From an uncultured Gemmatimonadales bacterium (GTDB lineage Bacteria; Gemmatimonadota; Gemmatimonadetes; Longimicrobiales; Longimicrobiaceae): a stretch of 64,000 bases of DNA. A program made the position numbers and the translations under genes. The stretch is taken from positions 3,296,001-3,360,000 of the forward strand of contig OY970303.1 of assembly GCA_963716255.1 (NCBI GenBank), in the 5' to 3' direction. Under the pieces are notes generated by a model. It had not been told where the DNA came from and searched no databases. It worked only from the letters and a program-made list of their open reading frames with translations. Positions within the stretch are counted from its first letter, which is position 1. Every line of letters starts with the position of its first letter. Below, piece after piece: positions 51,198 to 61,384 of this stretch.

Positions 51198-51225
51198 GCT
51201 GCCTGCGCTCAGGGGGTTCGCGGAG

Positions 51226-51247
51226 GAAGCATGTATATGCATGTTTC
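51226..51247. promoter_or_regulatory. Putative MarR operator
   Basis: Near-palindrome GAAGCATGTATATGCATGTTTC about 30 bp upstream of marR. Confidence 0.6.
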
Positions 51248-51404
51248 TCCGCTCCCGCAAGGCGGGCAGCCGGCCCGGGGGCGCCGGGCCCCCCGGTGAG
51301 AGCGCGGGCGGAGGGGGCGGGATCGACAACGTGGCTGCGGGGTCTTACCTTCCCTGGTTCCCGTCCGCTCGCACCCCGTCACCGAATCCGCCGCCGGTCA
51401 ACGC

Positions 51405-53702
51405 ATGAGCACTTCCGCGGAAACCGTCCACGCGACGCGCACCGCCACGATCGCCGAGGCCGTCCACCAGCGGCCGCCCTACCTGTGGGCGCTGGTGGCG
51501 GGGATCGCCGTGTTCGCCCTGTACGCGATCACCCTGGCGCCCACCACCGCCACGTGGGACACCAGCGAGTACATCGCCACGGCCCACATCCTGGGGATCC
51601 CGCACCCCCCCGGGAACCCGCTGTTCGTGCTCCTGGCGCACGTGTGGGAAACGCTGCTGGGCTTCACGGGGCTGTCCATCCCGGTGCGGGTGAACCTGTT
51701 CTCCGCGCTGATGAGCGCCGCGTCGCACGCGCTCTGGTTCCTGGTGATGCACCGGGTGATCGGCTTCTTCAGCCGCAGCGAGATGGTGCGCCGCGTGGGC
51801 GCCGCCGCGTGCGTCGCCGTCTCGGCGACGGCGTTCACGGTGTGGAGCCAGTCCAACGTCAACGAGAAGGTGTACACGGTGAGCTTCCTCACCGTGGCCA
51901 TCGTGTCGTGGATGGGCTTTCTGTGGCGGGACCACGTGGAGGAGCACGTGGGCGTGTCCGGGACCCGCTGGCACGACGACAACGTGCTGGTGTTCATGGC
52001 GTTCGTGGTGTTCCTCTCGTCCGAGGGGAACCACCGCATGGCGCTGCTGGCGGCGCCCGCGCTGCTGGTGTTCATCGGCATGGTCAAGCTGGGCTCGCTC
52101 CTGAACTGGCGGCTCTACGCCTGGAGCGTGGCGGCCATCCTGCTCGCCATCTCGGTGCAGCTCTTCCTGCCCATCCGCTCGGCGCTCAACCCCATCATCA
52201 ACGAGGCGCAGCCGGTCTGCCCGGACGGGCTGGGGTCGGCTCTGCAGAGCATCTTCACCATGGGGAGCTCCGGGTGCGACGCCCTGTCCGCGGCGCTGAA
52301 CCGCGAGCAGTACGGCAAGCCGCCGGTCAGCGAGCGCATGGCGCCCCTGGGCGCGCAGCTCGCCAACTACTTCCAGTACTTCGACTGGCAGTGGTCGCGC
52401 TCCCTGGGGGGTGTGCAGGGGTACTTCGCCCCCCAGCGGCTCCCCGTCACCCTGCTCTTTTTGGGGCTGGGGATCTTCGGGGCGATGCAGCACTACCGGC
52501 GCGACCGCAAGAGCTTCGCGTACATGGCCACGCTCTTCGGCACGCTGTCGGTGGGGCTGCTGCTGTACATGAACTTCAAGTACGGCTTCGGCCAGGTGCA
52601 GGCGCAGGGGCTGGACTTCAGCCTCGCCGAGGTCCGCGAGCGCGACTACTTCTTTCTGATCTCCTTCTCGCTCTGGGGGCTGTGGGCCGGCCTGGGGCTG
52701 GTGGCGCTGTGGCTGCGCCTTCAGGAGGGCGTGGCCTCGCCGCGCCGCGTGCTCATGACCTCGCCGGTGCTGCTGGCGGCGCTGCTGCCGCTCCTGCTCA
52801 ACTGGAAGTACGCGGACCGCTCCGACGACTACGCGGCGCGCAACCTCGCCTACAACCTGCTCCAGTCGGTGGAGCCGTACGGGGTGCTCTTCACCAACGG
52901 CGACAACGACACCTTCCCGCTGTGGTACCTGCAGGAGGTGGAGGGCGTCCGCCGCGACGTAACGGTGATCGTGGGGACGTACCTGAACACCGACTGGTAC
53001 GCCAAGCAGCTGCGCGGCCTCACCGCCCCCTGCCCCACGCCGGACGCCTGGGCGCGGGACCGCACGCGCATCCTCTGCCAGCGCCCGTTCGACCCCAAGG
53101 GGGCGCCGTCGTTCTACGGCAACCCGGCGCGCCCCACCAAGTCCATCATTCCGCTCTCCGACGCGCAGATCGACGCGATCATGGTGAGCGCCGTCCCGCT
53201 GCCGGAGGACGTGATCTTCGAGGCGCGGGGGATGCAGGCCACCATCCCCGGCCAGCGCTACCTGACGCCGGCCGACCAGCTGATGCTCACCATCATCAAG
53301 GAAGCGTGGGGCGACCGTCCCATCTTCTTCGCGTCCACGGGCGACGCGCACCGGCAGCTGGGGCTGGGACCGTTCGTGACGCGCACCGGGCTGGCGTACC
53401 GGCTCACCACGCCGCAGGAGGCGCAGCGCTTCGTGGCCATGCCGCCGGACAACCCGTACTACCCCATCCTGGGGGCGTACGTGGACGTGGACCGGCACCG
53501 CAAGCTGGTGTGGGAGGCCTTCCAGTACGGGGACCTCATCCACCGCCCCGCCTGGCCGGACGACGCCACCCGCGGCTTCCCCACCTACTATGCCAACGCG
53601 CACCTGGCGCTGGCCCAGGCGGAGGGGATGCTGGGGAACCAGGCCGCGGCGGACCGGAACATCAAGAAGACGGAAGAGTGGATGGCGGTTTCGCAGAGGT
53701 AG
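51405..53702 (+). CDS. DUF2723 / TMEM260-like membrane glycosyltransferase
   Basis: TLAPT..WDTSEY..LGIPHPPGNPLF, EVRERDYFF, FTNGDNDTFPLWYLQEVEG.R.DV. Confidence 0.88.
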   Translation: MSTSAETVHATRTATIAEAVHQRPPYLWALVAGIAVFALYAITLAPTTATWDTSEYIATAHILGIPHPPGNPLFVLLAHVWETLLGFTGLSIPVRVNLFSALMSAASHALWFLVMHRVIGFFSRSEMVRRVGAAACVAVSATAFTVWSQSNVNEKVYTVSFLTVAIVSWMGFLWRDHVEEHVGVSGTRWHDDNVLVFMAFVVFLSSEGNHRMALLAAPALLVFIGMVKLGSLLNWRLYAWSVAAILLAISVQLFLPIRSALNPIINEAQPVCPDGLGSALQSIFTMGSSGCDALSAALNREQYGKPPVSERMAPLGAQLANYFQYFDWQWSRSLGGVQGYFAPQRLPVTLLFLGLGIFGAMQHYRRDRKSFAYMATLFGTLSVGLLLYMNFKYGFGQVQAQGLDFSLAEVRERDYFFLISFSLWGLWAGLGLVALWLRLQEGVASPRRVLMTSPVLLAALLPLLLNWKYADRSDDYAARNLAYNLLQSVEPYGVLFTNGDNDTFPLWYLQEVEGVRRDVTVIVGTYLNTDWYAKQLRGLTAPCPTPDAWARDRTRILCQRPFDPKGAPSFYGNPARPTKSIIPLSDAQIDAIMVSAVPLPEDVIFEARGMQATIPGQRYLTPADQLMLTIIKEAWGDRPIFFASTGDAHRQLGLGPFVTRTGLAYRLTTPQEAQRFVAMPPDNPYYPILGAYVDVDRHRKLVWEAFQYGDLIHRPAWPDDATRGFPTYYANAHLALAQAEGMLGNQAAADRNIKKTEEWMAVSQR

Positions 53703-53728
53703 CTTTTACGGCTTTTAACTGCGGATCT

Positions 53729-53857
53729 GGGCGTGCCCCCGGCTGGCGCCGGGGTCGGGCTTCGGCTCCGTAAGCCCGCAAACAACGCGGGCTAACGGAG
53801 TCGAGCCCCGCGAAACGGCCCGCGGGTCTCGCCCCTTCGGGCCGAAATCCCTCACGC
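53729..53857 (-). ncRNA. Structured repeat family 1, copy F
   Basis: Variable stem AGCCCGCG/TGCGGGCT. Confidence 0.7.
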
Positions 53858-53933
53858 GACGGCTTGTAACGGAGGACGGACACGCGAGCGGCCCGGGGAC
53901 TTTCCCGGGCCGCTCGTCGCGTGGTGCCGGACT

Positions 53934-54017
53934 CCCTCCCCCGGCCCCTCCCCGCAAGGGGGAGGGGAGCACGGCAACGGCACGGCACAAAAAGCCCTCC
54001 CCCGGGACGGGGGAGGG
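53934..54017. repeat. REP-like family-2 palindrome cluster
   Basis: Two hairpins with a GCACGGCAC linker also seen at 61148-61200. Confidence 0.75.
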
Positions 54018-54050
54018 TGGGGAGCCCGGCGTGACGCCAGCGCGAGTCCC

Positions 54051-54179
54051 GCGTGAGGGATTTCGGCCCGAAGGGGCGAGACCGCGCGGCTGTTTGCGCG
54101 GGCTCGACTCCGTTACGCAGCGTCGTTTGCTGCGTTACGGAGCCGAAGCCCGACCCCGGCGCAAGCCGGGGGCACGCCC
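54051..54179 (+). ncRNA. Structured repeat family 1, copy G
   Basis: Variable stem ACGCAGCG/TGCTGCGT. Confidence 0.7.
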
Positions 54180-54208
54180 AAGCCTACCCTTTAAAAGCAG
54201 TTCAACGT

Positions 54209-54544
54209 CTACGCCACGTGCGGCTGCGGACCTGCGGCGGTGTGAAGCCCGTGGTCCAGGCCGGCGAACCGCTCGCGGGCACGGGCCAGCAGCGCCATGC
54301 CGTCGCGCGTGATCTGGTAGTAGCGGCGGGCGGGGCGGCCCTCGCGGCGGGCGGAGGCTTCCTCCTCCCAGGCGGAGTCCACGCACCCGGCCCGCTCCAG
54401 CCGCCGGAGCGCGGGGTACACCGTGCCGCTGGGGAGGCCGCTGGCGTCCATGATGTCGAAGCCGTAGCCGTACCCCTCCGAAAGGGCGCGGAGGACCAGG
54501 GCCGTGGGATACGTGAGGTTCAGGCGCGTTGTCACGATGGGCAC
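54209..54544 (-). CDS. PadR family regulator
   Basis: YGFDI...GTVYPALRRLE..G..WE...GRPARRYY.IT..G. Confidence 0.9.
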   Translation of the reverse strand: MPIVTTRLNLTYPTALVLRALSEGYGYGFDIMDASGLPSGTVYPALRRLERAGCVDSAWEEEASARREGRPARRYYQITRDGMALLARARERFAGLDHGLHTAAGPQPHVA

Positions 54545-54674
54545 TCCGTTGCTCGGATTCTACAGCTCGCCGCGTCGGGATCCACCGGGCCGGGCCCGCG
54601 TCCGCGCGGCGGCGGCGGAAAAAGGTACGCTCCGGGCGCGCGAACGGATTCCCGGCCCTGCTCCCGCTCCGCGG

Positions 54675-55628
54675 TCACGTCTCCGCCCGGGGCGGGAGCT
54701 CGTGCAGCAGGGCGCGGAAGTCCGCCAGGCTGGGGACGTACGCCGCGCCGATCTCTTCCAGGCTGGCACGGTGCCGCTCCGCCGCGCCGCCGCCCACCAC
54801 CACCGCCACCCCCGGGGGGAGCGCGTCGCGCAGCCGGCGCAGCTCGCCGGGGATGCCCGGGTCGTCGGCAGGATACACCAGGCTGAGCGCAACCCGGCTG
54901 GCGCCGCGCTGCCGCACCGCCGCGGCGATCTCCTCGGCCGGCAGGTCCGCGCCCAGGTAGGTGACCCGCCACCCCTCCGCCGTGGCGGAGGCGGCGGCCA
55001 GCAGCGCCCCGAACTCGTGCACCTGCCCCGCGGGGGTGGCCACCACCATCCCCGGGGCGCTCCCGGGCACCTCCGCGGCCTCGGTCATGAAGCCCAGGAC
55101 GCGCCGCAGCACGGCGGAGGCGGCGTGCTCGTGCGCCACCCCGATGCGGCCCTTCCGCCACTCCTCGCCGATGGCGTCCAGCAGCGGCGCCGCGACCCCG
55201 TCCACGAAGTCGGCGGCGCTCAGCGCCACCACCGCGCGCCGCAGCCCCGCCTCCAGCCCGGCCGGGTCCATCTCCCGCACCGCGGCCACGGCGCGGTCCA
55301 GGTGCCCCCGCGCCTCCCGCGAAGTGGGGGGGGGCGCGGCCGCGCCCCCGCGCGCCGCGTCGTCCTCGCGCACCAGCTCCGCCAGCTCGTCTGTGGGCAG
55401 CTTCGCCACGCGCCCGATGCTGCGCCCCGCGTCGGTGGCGCGGCGCAGCAGGCGCAGCCGGTCCACGTCGGCATCGCTGTACAGGCGCTGCCCGTCGTCC
55501 GCGCGGCCGGGGGCGACCACCGCGTAGCGCCGCTCCCACACCCGCAGCACGTCCAGCGACAGCCCCGTGCGGTCGGCGACCACGCGGATGGGGTGGCGGG
55601 GGACGAGGGTGCCGGCGCTCCGTGTCAT
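54675..55628 (-). CDS. MerR family cobalamin-binding regulator (CarH/LitR-like)
   Basis: LRVWERRY..GQRLYS MerR HTH; W-x9-EH (EW...VAHEH), VHEFG, YLGADLP. Confidence 0.9.
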   Translation of the reverse strand: MTRSAGTLVPRHPIRVVADRTGLSLDVLRVWERRYAVVAPGRADDGQRLYSDADVDRLRLLRRATDAGRSIGRVAKLPTDELAELVREDDAARGGAAAPPPTSREARGHLDRAVAAVREMDPAGLEAGLRRAVVALSAADFVDGVAAPLLDAIGEEWRKGRIGVAHEHAASAVLRRVLGFMTEAAEVPGSAPGMVVATPAGQVHEFGALLAAASATAEGWRVTYLGADLPAEEIAAAVRQRGASRVALSLVYPADDPGIPGELRRLRDALPPGVAVVVGGGAAERHRASLEEIGAAYVPSLADFRALLHELPPRAET

Positions 55629-55634
55629 GGAAGG

Positions 55635-55675
55635 ATGATACGGGTGACGTCCAAGGTTTGTCAATACTTTGTCCA
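55635..55675 (-). promoter_or_regulatory. CarH-type operator overlapping a leaderless sigma70 promoter
   Basis: Minus strand TGGACA/TTGACA/TGGACG at an 11-bp period; TTGACA-18 bp-TATCAT-6 nt-ATG. Confidence 0.78.
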
Positions 55676-55709
55676 GAGGCGTGCCGCCGATCGCCACGGG
55701 CGCTGCCGG

Positions 55710-56516
55710 TCACGCGGGCGGGGGCGGCTCCGCGGGGTCGGGCGCGGCGCCCAGTCCGGCCTCCTCCGCTTCCACGCCCGGCCTGCGTCCGCGGAACCAG
55801 CGGACGGCTTCCACGCCCAGCGCGCAGGTGGAGGCCCAGGCGAAGCCGGCCACGTACCCGGCCACGATGTCGGAGGGGTAGTGCACGCCCAGGTACAGGC
55901 GCGACGCCCCGATGGCGAGCACCAGCACGGCGGCGAAGGCCAGCGTCGCGCGCCGCATGCGGCGGGTGGGCTCCAGCCGGGCGACCAGGTACGCCAGGGT
56001 GCCGTAGACCACCACGGAGCTCATGGCGTGGCCCGAGGGAAAGGACGAGGCCGACTCGCCGATGCCGGAGATGCGATAGGGGAACACCGTGGGGCGGGGG
56101 CGGGCGAAGGCCAGCTTGAGCACGGTGTTCAGCAGTGCGTTCCCCAGCACCGCCGTCCACAGCAGCGCCACGGACCAGCGGTGCCGGGCGATCCAGAGCA
56201 GGGTGCCGGCGACCAGCAGCGTCATGGCCACCACCGAGGTGGCGCCCAGGTAGGTGAGCTGGAGGGCGAGGGTGTCCAGCGCGGGGGATTGGCGCGCCGC
56301 GATCCAGCGCAGCGCCGCCTCGTCCGCGCCCTGCGTGGCGCCGCGCCCCACCAGCCGCGCGATCCCCGCGAAGGCGAGCAGCGCCGCCAGGGCGAGCGCC
56401 ATCCCGGCGGTCAGGAACACGCCGACCGCCGCGTGGAAGCCGCGGACGTGCGCCCCGATCCAGCGGAGGACCGGGCGCAGGGAGGCGGGGGCGGGATCGC
56501 GGGCCGGCGCGGGCAT
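55710..56516 (-). CDS. PAP2 family phosphatase
   Basis: KLAFARPRP, SFPSGH, SRLYLGVHYPSD. Confidence 0.93.
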   Translation of the reverse strand: MPAPARDPAPASLRPVLRWIGAHVRGFHAAVGVFLTAGMALALAALLAFAGIARLVGRGATQGADEAALRWIAARQSPALDTLALQLTYLGATSVVAMTLLVAGTLLWIARHRWSVALLWTAVLGNALLNTVLKLAFARPRPTVFPYRISGIGESASSFPSGHAMSSVVVYGTLAYLVARLEPTRRMRRATLAFAAVLVLAIGASRLYLGVHYPSDIVAGYVAGFAWASTCALGVEAVRWFRGRRPGVEAEEAGLGAAPDPAEPPPPA

Positions 56517-56619
56517 GGGTCGGGAGGCGGGCAGGATCCGTTCCCGCGCGCGCCCTCCCGGGCACCCGTCGTGCCTTTCCGTGGCCCGTCCGGAACGCCC
56601 GTTCACCCGCACCCGGAGG

Positions 56620-56927
56620 CCCGATGCCCGCCTGGTGACCCGCAACGGCCGCGAAAAGGCGGCGCAGTTGCGGAGGTGGTGGAGGCGCTGCGGGAGGCGG
56701 CGCGCGCTGCGGGGCGGCCGCTGGTGCTGGACGGCGAGCTGGTGGCGCTGGTGCGGGGGAAGCCCGCGCGCTTCCAGGAGATCCAGGACCGGGTGCACCT
56801 GGGGGACGAGGCGGAGGGCCGGCGGCGCGCGGACGGGCGTCAGCGGCAGCCGGTGTTCCTGGGGGTGCGCGATGACAAGGACGCGCGGGAGGTGGGGCCG
56901 GAGGGGCGGAGCGTGCAGGGAGGGTGA
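56620..56927 (+). pseudogene. Collapsed ATP-dependent DNA ligase (LigD-like) remnant
   Basis: RLVTRNGREKAAQ, frameshift, EVVEAL..LVLDGELV..ARFQ, fused to C-terminal RQPVFLGVRDDK. Confidence 0.75.
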
Positions 56928-57246
56928 TGAGTCACCTGCTTGCTTGCGGGCTACTTGGAGGCGGCATACAATCGTTACACCACGCCGTGTGGTGCTGGCG
57001 GCTGCCCGAATGCCGAAGATCCTTGCTCGACTTCGCCAAGCCGTACCTGCTGTCCCAACTCAGCCACCTCCTGCTCCCGAATCCATTCCTCCAGGCAATG
57101 GCTCAGTCGATTCCCGCACAGCTCGAACGGCGCCGCTTCGTTCCCAGCGAGCCCTGTGGAACGAGGAACGCCTCCGCGTACAGCAAGACCATCTGTATGG
57201 CGGTGGCATGGCTGCCCTGGCTCCTACATGACCGGGATCATACCGC

Positions 57247-58671
57247 GTGAATCGGGCGGAGCTGTACGCCATCGTCGGTGGAGGCGAATCCGACCAAGTG
57301 GAATTCAAGCGGACCACCGGGCAGCGATCGGATGGAGCGAAGACGGTGTGCGGTATGCTCAATGGCCGCGGCGGTTTCGTGCTATTTGGTGTCACGGATG
57401 CTGGTGAGATCAGTGGACAGGAGGTCTCCGCGCGAACCCTGGAGGACTTGGTCGCAGAGCTACGGAAGATCGAGCCGCGGGCGCTGCTCAACCCCGAGAC
57501 CGTGCTGCTGGAGAATGGCAGAGAAGTGGTCGTCATCCGCATTCCGAGCGGTGGTGGGGGGCCATACGCTTACGAAGCGCGTCCCTACGTCCGCCAAGGT
57601 CCCACCACTTCCCTTATGCCGCAGGACGAGTACCGTCGTCTCCTGCTGGAAGGGATGCACCCCATGGCTCGGTGGGAAAACTAGCCTGCACACGGGGTCG
57701 TGATTGCGGATCTGGATCATGCGGAGATCACACGCACGGTGGACGAGGCGATCCGCCGTAGTCGCATGGAAGAGCCGGGAACGCGTGACCCTGTGGCGCT
57801 CCTGATAGGGCTGGGCTTGATTGAGAACGGGGTGCTGCTCAACGCGGCGGTGGCGCTTTTCGCCCGAGAGGAGCGCCTCCTGCCCTACTACCCGCAGTGC
57901 GTGCTTCGCATGGCGCGCTTCCGCGGGCGTGACAAGACGGAGTTCGAGGACAACCGCCAGGAAATGGGGAACGCGTTCGTACTTCTTCAGCGGGCGCAGC
58001 GATTCTTTCGCGAGCACCTCCCCGTGGCAGGGCGGGTGGTTCCCAACCTATTCGAGCGGGTGGACGACCCGCTCTACCCGCCTGTAGCGCTCCGCGAGGC
58101 TCTGGCGAATGCCCTCTGTCACCGGGATTACGGAGTAGGTGGCGGCTCTATCAGCATTGGCATCTATGATGACCGGTTGGAGATTTCCAGCACGGGCCGC
58201 CTTCCCTTTGGCCTGACCCCGGCAGATCTGGTGCGTCCGCACCCCTCAAGGCCGTGGAATCCGCTGATTGCCCGGGTGTTCTACCGCAGGGGAATCATCG
58301 AGACGTGGGGGCGTGGGACGTTGAAAATCGCGGAGCTCATGGAGCAGGCAGGGCTGGCGACGCCGGAATTCGAGGAGAGCGCCGGCGAGGTGGTCGTGCG
58401 GTTCTTCCCCACCGGCTATGTGCCGCCGAGTCGGGTGAGCCGAACTCTCAGTCCGCTGCAGCAGGAGATCCTAGAATATCTGGCAGGGGTGGGAGTCGCA
58501 CGCCTTGGGCAGATCGTAAGCGAACTCCCATCCAGTCCTGTCGCGCGGACCGTCACGGACAACCTGCAAACCCTCAGGGATCTGGATCTTGTGGAGCTAC
58601 GTGGGTGGGGAAAGGGTGCGAGATGGATGCTGAGGGGTGTTGATAAGCAACCCCGTACTACTCGGGATTGA
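57247..58671 (+). pseudogene. Schlafen/AlbA_2 + RecG-C (HATPase_c_4) + wHTH protein interrupted by an in-frame TAG
   Basis: GESDQVEFK..MLNGRGG..FGV; ALREALANALCHRDY, PWNPLIA, IETWGRG; ORFs 57247..57684 and 57700..58671 share a frame. Confidence 0.85.
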
Positions 58672-58819
58672 TGCACCAATGGTGCACCATCAAGTGCACT
58701 ATTCAGTGTACCAAGGCGGCACGGGGCACCGGGGTTGTACCTTTGGTGGCGGTGAAGATGCATTTCGAACCTGTAACGCTCCCGGATTGGTATCAATAGC
58801 ACAGCAGGGTGCATCAATC
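58666..58819. repeat. 154-bp segment bounded by perfect 12-bp inverted repeats, with internal TGCACC-like repeats
   Basis: GATTGATGCACC ... GGTGCATCAATC; TG(C/T)AC(C/T) at 58672, 58683, 58695, 58707. Confidence 0.55.
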
Positions 58820-58862
58820 ATTGTCTCGCGACGGTAACGAGACGGACCACACGCCCTCCCTT

Positions 58863-59897
58863 CTACCCCGCCAGCGCCTTCCGCACCGCCGGCGCGACCT
58901 CCGTCCCCAGAAGCTCGATGGCGCGCATGACCCGCTCGTGCGGCAGCGTGCCGAGGCCCACCTGGAGCAGGCAGCGCGTGTTGCCGAACAGCTGGTGCTG
59001 GAAGAGGATCTTGTCGACCACTTCCCGCGGGCTGCCGACGAGGAGCGCCCCGCGCGGGGAGCGCAGCGCCTCGAACTGCTGCCGCGTGGTGGGCGGCCAG
59101 CCGCGCTCCCGCCCGATGCGGGTCATCACCTCGGCGTAGGAGGGAAAGAACTCGTCCGCGGCGCGCTGCGAGCCGTCCGCCACGTAGGCGTGGGAGTTGA
59201 TGCCCACGGCGAGCCCCGCGGGGTCGTGTCCCGCCCGGCGCGCGGTGTCGCGGTACAGCTGCACCAGCGGCGCGAAGCGCTCCGGCGCGCCGCCGATGAT
59301 GGCGAGCGCCAGCGGCAGCCCCAGCGTCCCGGCGCGCACCACCGACTGCGGCGTGCCGCCCACGGCGAGCCACACGGGGAGCGGGTCCTGGAGCGGGCGC
59401 GGGTACACCGCCAGGTCGCGCAGCGGCGCCCGGAGCTTCCCGGACCAGGTGACGCGCTCGCCATCGCGCAGCCTGAGCAGCAGCTCCAGCTTCTCGGCGA
59501 AGAGCGCGTCGTAGTCCTCCAGGTCGTGGCCGAACAGGGGGAACGATTCGATGAACGACCCGCGCCCCGCCATGATCTCCGCCCGGCCGCCGGAAAGGAG
59601 GTCCAGCGTGGCGAACTGCTGGAAGACGCGCACGGGGTCGTCCGAGCTGAGCACGGTGACGGCGCTGGTGAGGCGGATGCGGGCGGTGCGCGCGGCGGCG
59701 GCGGCGAGGACCACGGCCGGCGCCGACACCGCGTAGTCGGGGCGGTGGTGCTCGCCCACGCCGAACACGTCCAGCCCCACCCGGTCGGCCAGCTCGATCT
59801 CCTCCATCAGCTCGCGCAGCCGCTGTGCCGCCGCCGCCCCGCGGCCCGCGCCGGGCTCCGGGCTGGTGTCCGCGAAGGTGTAGACGCCGATCTCCAT
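58863..59897 (-). CDS. LLM class flavin-dependent oxidoreductase
   Basis: [44 protein letters not shown]. Confidence 0.93.
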   Translation of the reverse strand: MEIGVYTFADTSPEPGAGRGAAAAQRLRELMEEIELADRVGLDVFGVGEHHRPDYAVSAPAVVLAAAAARTARIRLTSAVTVLSSDDPVRVFQQFATLDLLSGGRAEIMAGRGSFIESFPLFGHDLEDYDALFAEKLELLLRLRDGERVTWSGKLRAPLRDLAVYPRPLQDPLPVWLAVGGTPQSVVRAGTLGLPLALAIIGGAPERFAPLVQLYRDTARRAGHDPAGLAVGINSHAYVADGSQRAADEFFPSYAEVMTRIGRERGWPPTTRQQFEALRSPRGALLVGSPREVVDKILFQHQLFGNTRCLLQVGLGTLPHERVMRAIELLGTEVAPAVRKALAG

Positions 59898-59908
59898 GGC
59901 CCGCGCTC

Positions 59909-60958
59909 CTAGCGCCGCACCGCGGTGAGCTCCCGGATCTGCCGGCGCACCTCGTCGGCCCGGCCGGCGCGCTCCAGCGCGGCCCACAGCCGCGCCACCG
60001 TGTCCGCGTCCACCAGCCCCGGCGGGGACCCCATCTCCGGCGTGGCGAGCCCTTCGGCTGCCCGGAAGGCGTCCACCGCCGTGACGGCGTCCGGCGTGTA
60101 GACGTTGGCCGTGGCGTCGCGCGCCAGCTCGCGCCGCTCGGGGCGGAAGCGGCCGAGGGCGTGCAGCATCAGCTTGAGCTGCCACACGTCGCCGCCGCTG
60201 AACTGCTGGAGGGTGCGGAAGCCCAGCGTCTCGGAGATGGTGGCGTAGACGCGCCGCAGCTCGGCCACGGGTTCGGGGTGCTCGCACACGTTGATGTCCG
60301 CCGTCACCCGGTCCGGGCGGCGGGAGCGCCCCGGGCGCGGGTCCGCCACCACCACCGCGGCGGACTGCGTGCGCCCCTTGCGCGCGTCGCCTCCGGCGGC
60401 GTGTCCGGCCGCCAGCGCCTCGATCAGCCGGTCCGCCAGGTGGCGCCCGCTCCCCTCCGTGGCCTCGAAGCTCCGCGCCACCGCCTCCAGCACCTGCGGC
60501 CCCGCCAGCAGGTTGCCCTGGGTCACGTAGCGGCGCCCGGCGCGGTGCCCGGCCCACGGGCTGGTGCCGGTGCCGGTGTGCTGGGCGGAGCGCCCGTCCA
60601 CGGCGATCACCCCCACCTGCCGCTGCGCGGCCAGGGTGTCGCCGGCCAGCGCGCGGCGCAGCGCCTCCTCCGGCGCGACGCCGCGGGCCAGCTGGTCCAG
60701 CACTTCCTGCCCGTACTCCACGCGCGTGAACGCCTGCGTCGCCAGCGCGCCCACCCCGGCGCGCACGTGTGGGACGGCGTTGCCCACGCAGGGCACGCGC
60801 GTGGTCACCGCCACGCCGCTCTCGCCGGTGGCGGAATCCACCGCGGCGATGGAAAAGGTGCTGAAGCGCAGCGGCTCGCCCCAGGCGGCGGGCTCCTGCG
60901 CGCGGGCGGGTCCCGCCGCGGCGGCGAGGGCGAGGAGGGCGATGGCGGTGCGTTGCAT
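59909..60958 (-). CDS. DUF1028 (Ntn-hydrolase-like) protein with C-terminal peptidoglycan-binding-like region
   Basis: [38 protein letters not shown]; signal peptide. Confidence 0.88.
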   Translation of the reverse strand: MQRTAIALLALAAAAGPARAQEPAAWGEPLRFSTFSIAAVDSATGESGVAVTTRVPCVGNAVPHVRAGVGALATQAFTRVEYGQEVLDQLARGVAPEEALRRALAGDTLAAQRQVGVIAVDGRSAQHTGTGTSPWAGHRAGRRYVTQGNLLAGPQVLEAVARSFEATEGSGRHLADRLIEALAAGHAAGGDARKGRTQSAAVVVADPRPGRSRRPDRVTADINVCEHPEPVAELRRVYATISETLGFRTLQQFSGGDVWQLKLMLHALGRFRPERRELARDATANVYTPDAVTAVDAFRAAEGLATPEMGSPPGLVDADTVARLWAALERAGRADEVRRQIRELTAVRR

Positions 60959-61055
60959 GGGGTCGCGGCGGGGTGCGGGCAGAACGGGAAAGCGAGCGGG
61001 GGACGGTAAGCCGCCGCGCGGCCCGCGGCAAGGAACGGTGCAGGGGCGACGACGA

Positions 61056-61200
61056 CCCCCTCCCCCGACCCCTCCCCGCAATGGGGAGGGGAGCACGGCG
61101 ACGGCACCCCTCACCCCCCGGCCCCTCTCCCACGAGGGGAGAGGGCGGAGCACGGTACCGGCACGGCACGAAAAGGCCCTCCCCCGGGATCAGGAGAGGG
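61056..61200. repeat. REP-like family-2 palindrome cluster (three units)
   Basis: Three CCCT(C/T)CCC..GGG(A/G)G(A/G)GGG-type hairpins. Confidence 0.75.
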
Positions 61201-61237
61201 CAGCGAGCTTCGAGCCAGCGGACGCCAGCGCGAAGCC

Positions 61238-61365
61238 GCGTGAGGGATTTCGGCCCGGAGGGGCGAGACCCGGCGCAGTTTGCCGGGGCTCGACTCCGTT
61301 GAGCAGCGTTGTTTGCTGCTCTACGGAGCCGAAGCCCGACCCCGGCGCCAGCCGGGGGCACGCCC
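61238..61365 (+). ncRNA. Structured repeat family 1, copy H
   Basis: Variable stem GAGCAGCG/TGCTGCTC. Confidence 0.7.
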
Positions 61366-61384
61366 GAACCCGCTGTTCAACCCG

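Noticed and set aside
54053..54312. ORFs such as MRDFGPKGRD…[14 protein letters not shown] recurring in the ORF track
   Set aside because: They are translations of the family-1 repeat; frames and starts are not conserved between copies.
57682..57684. Pyrrolysine or programmed amber recoding
   Set aside because: No pyl genes in the window and TAG is used as a normal stop in many genes here; a nonsense mutation is simpler.
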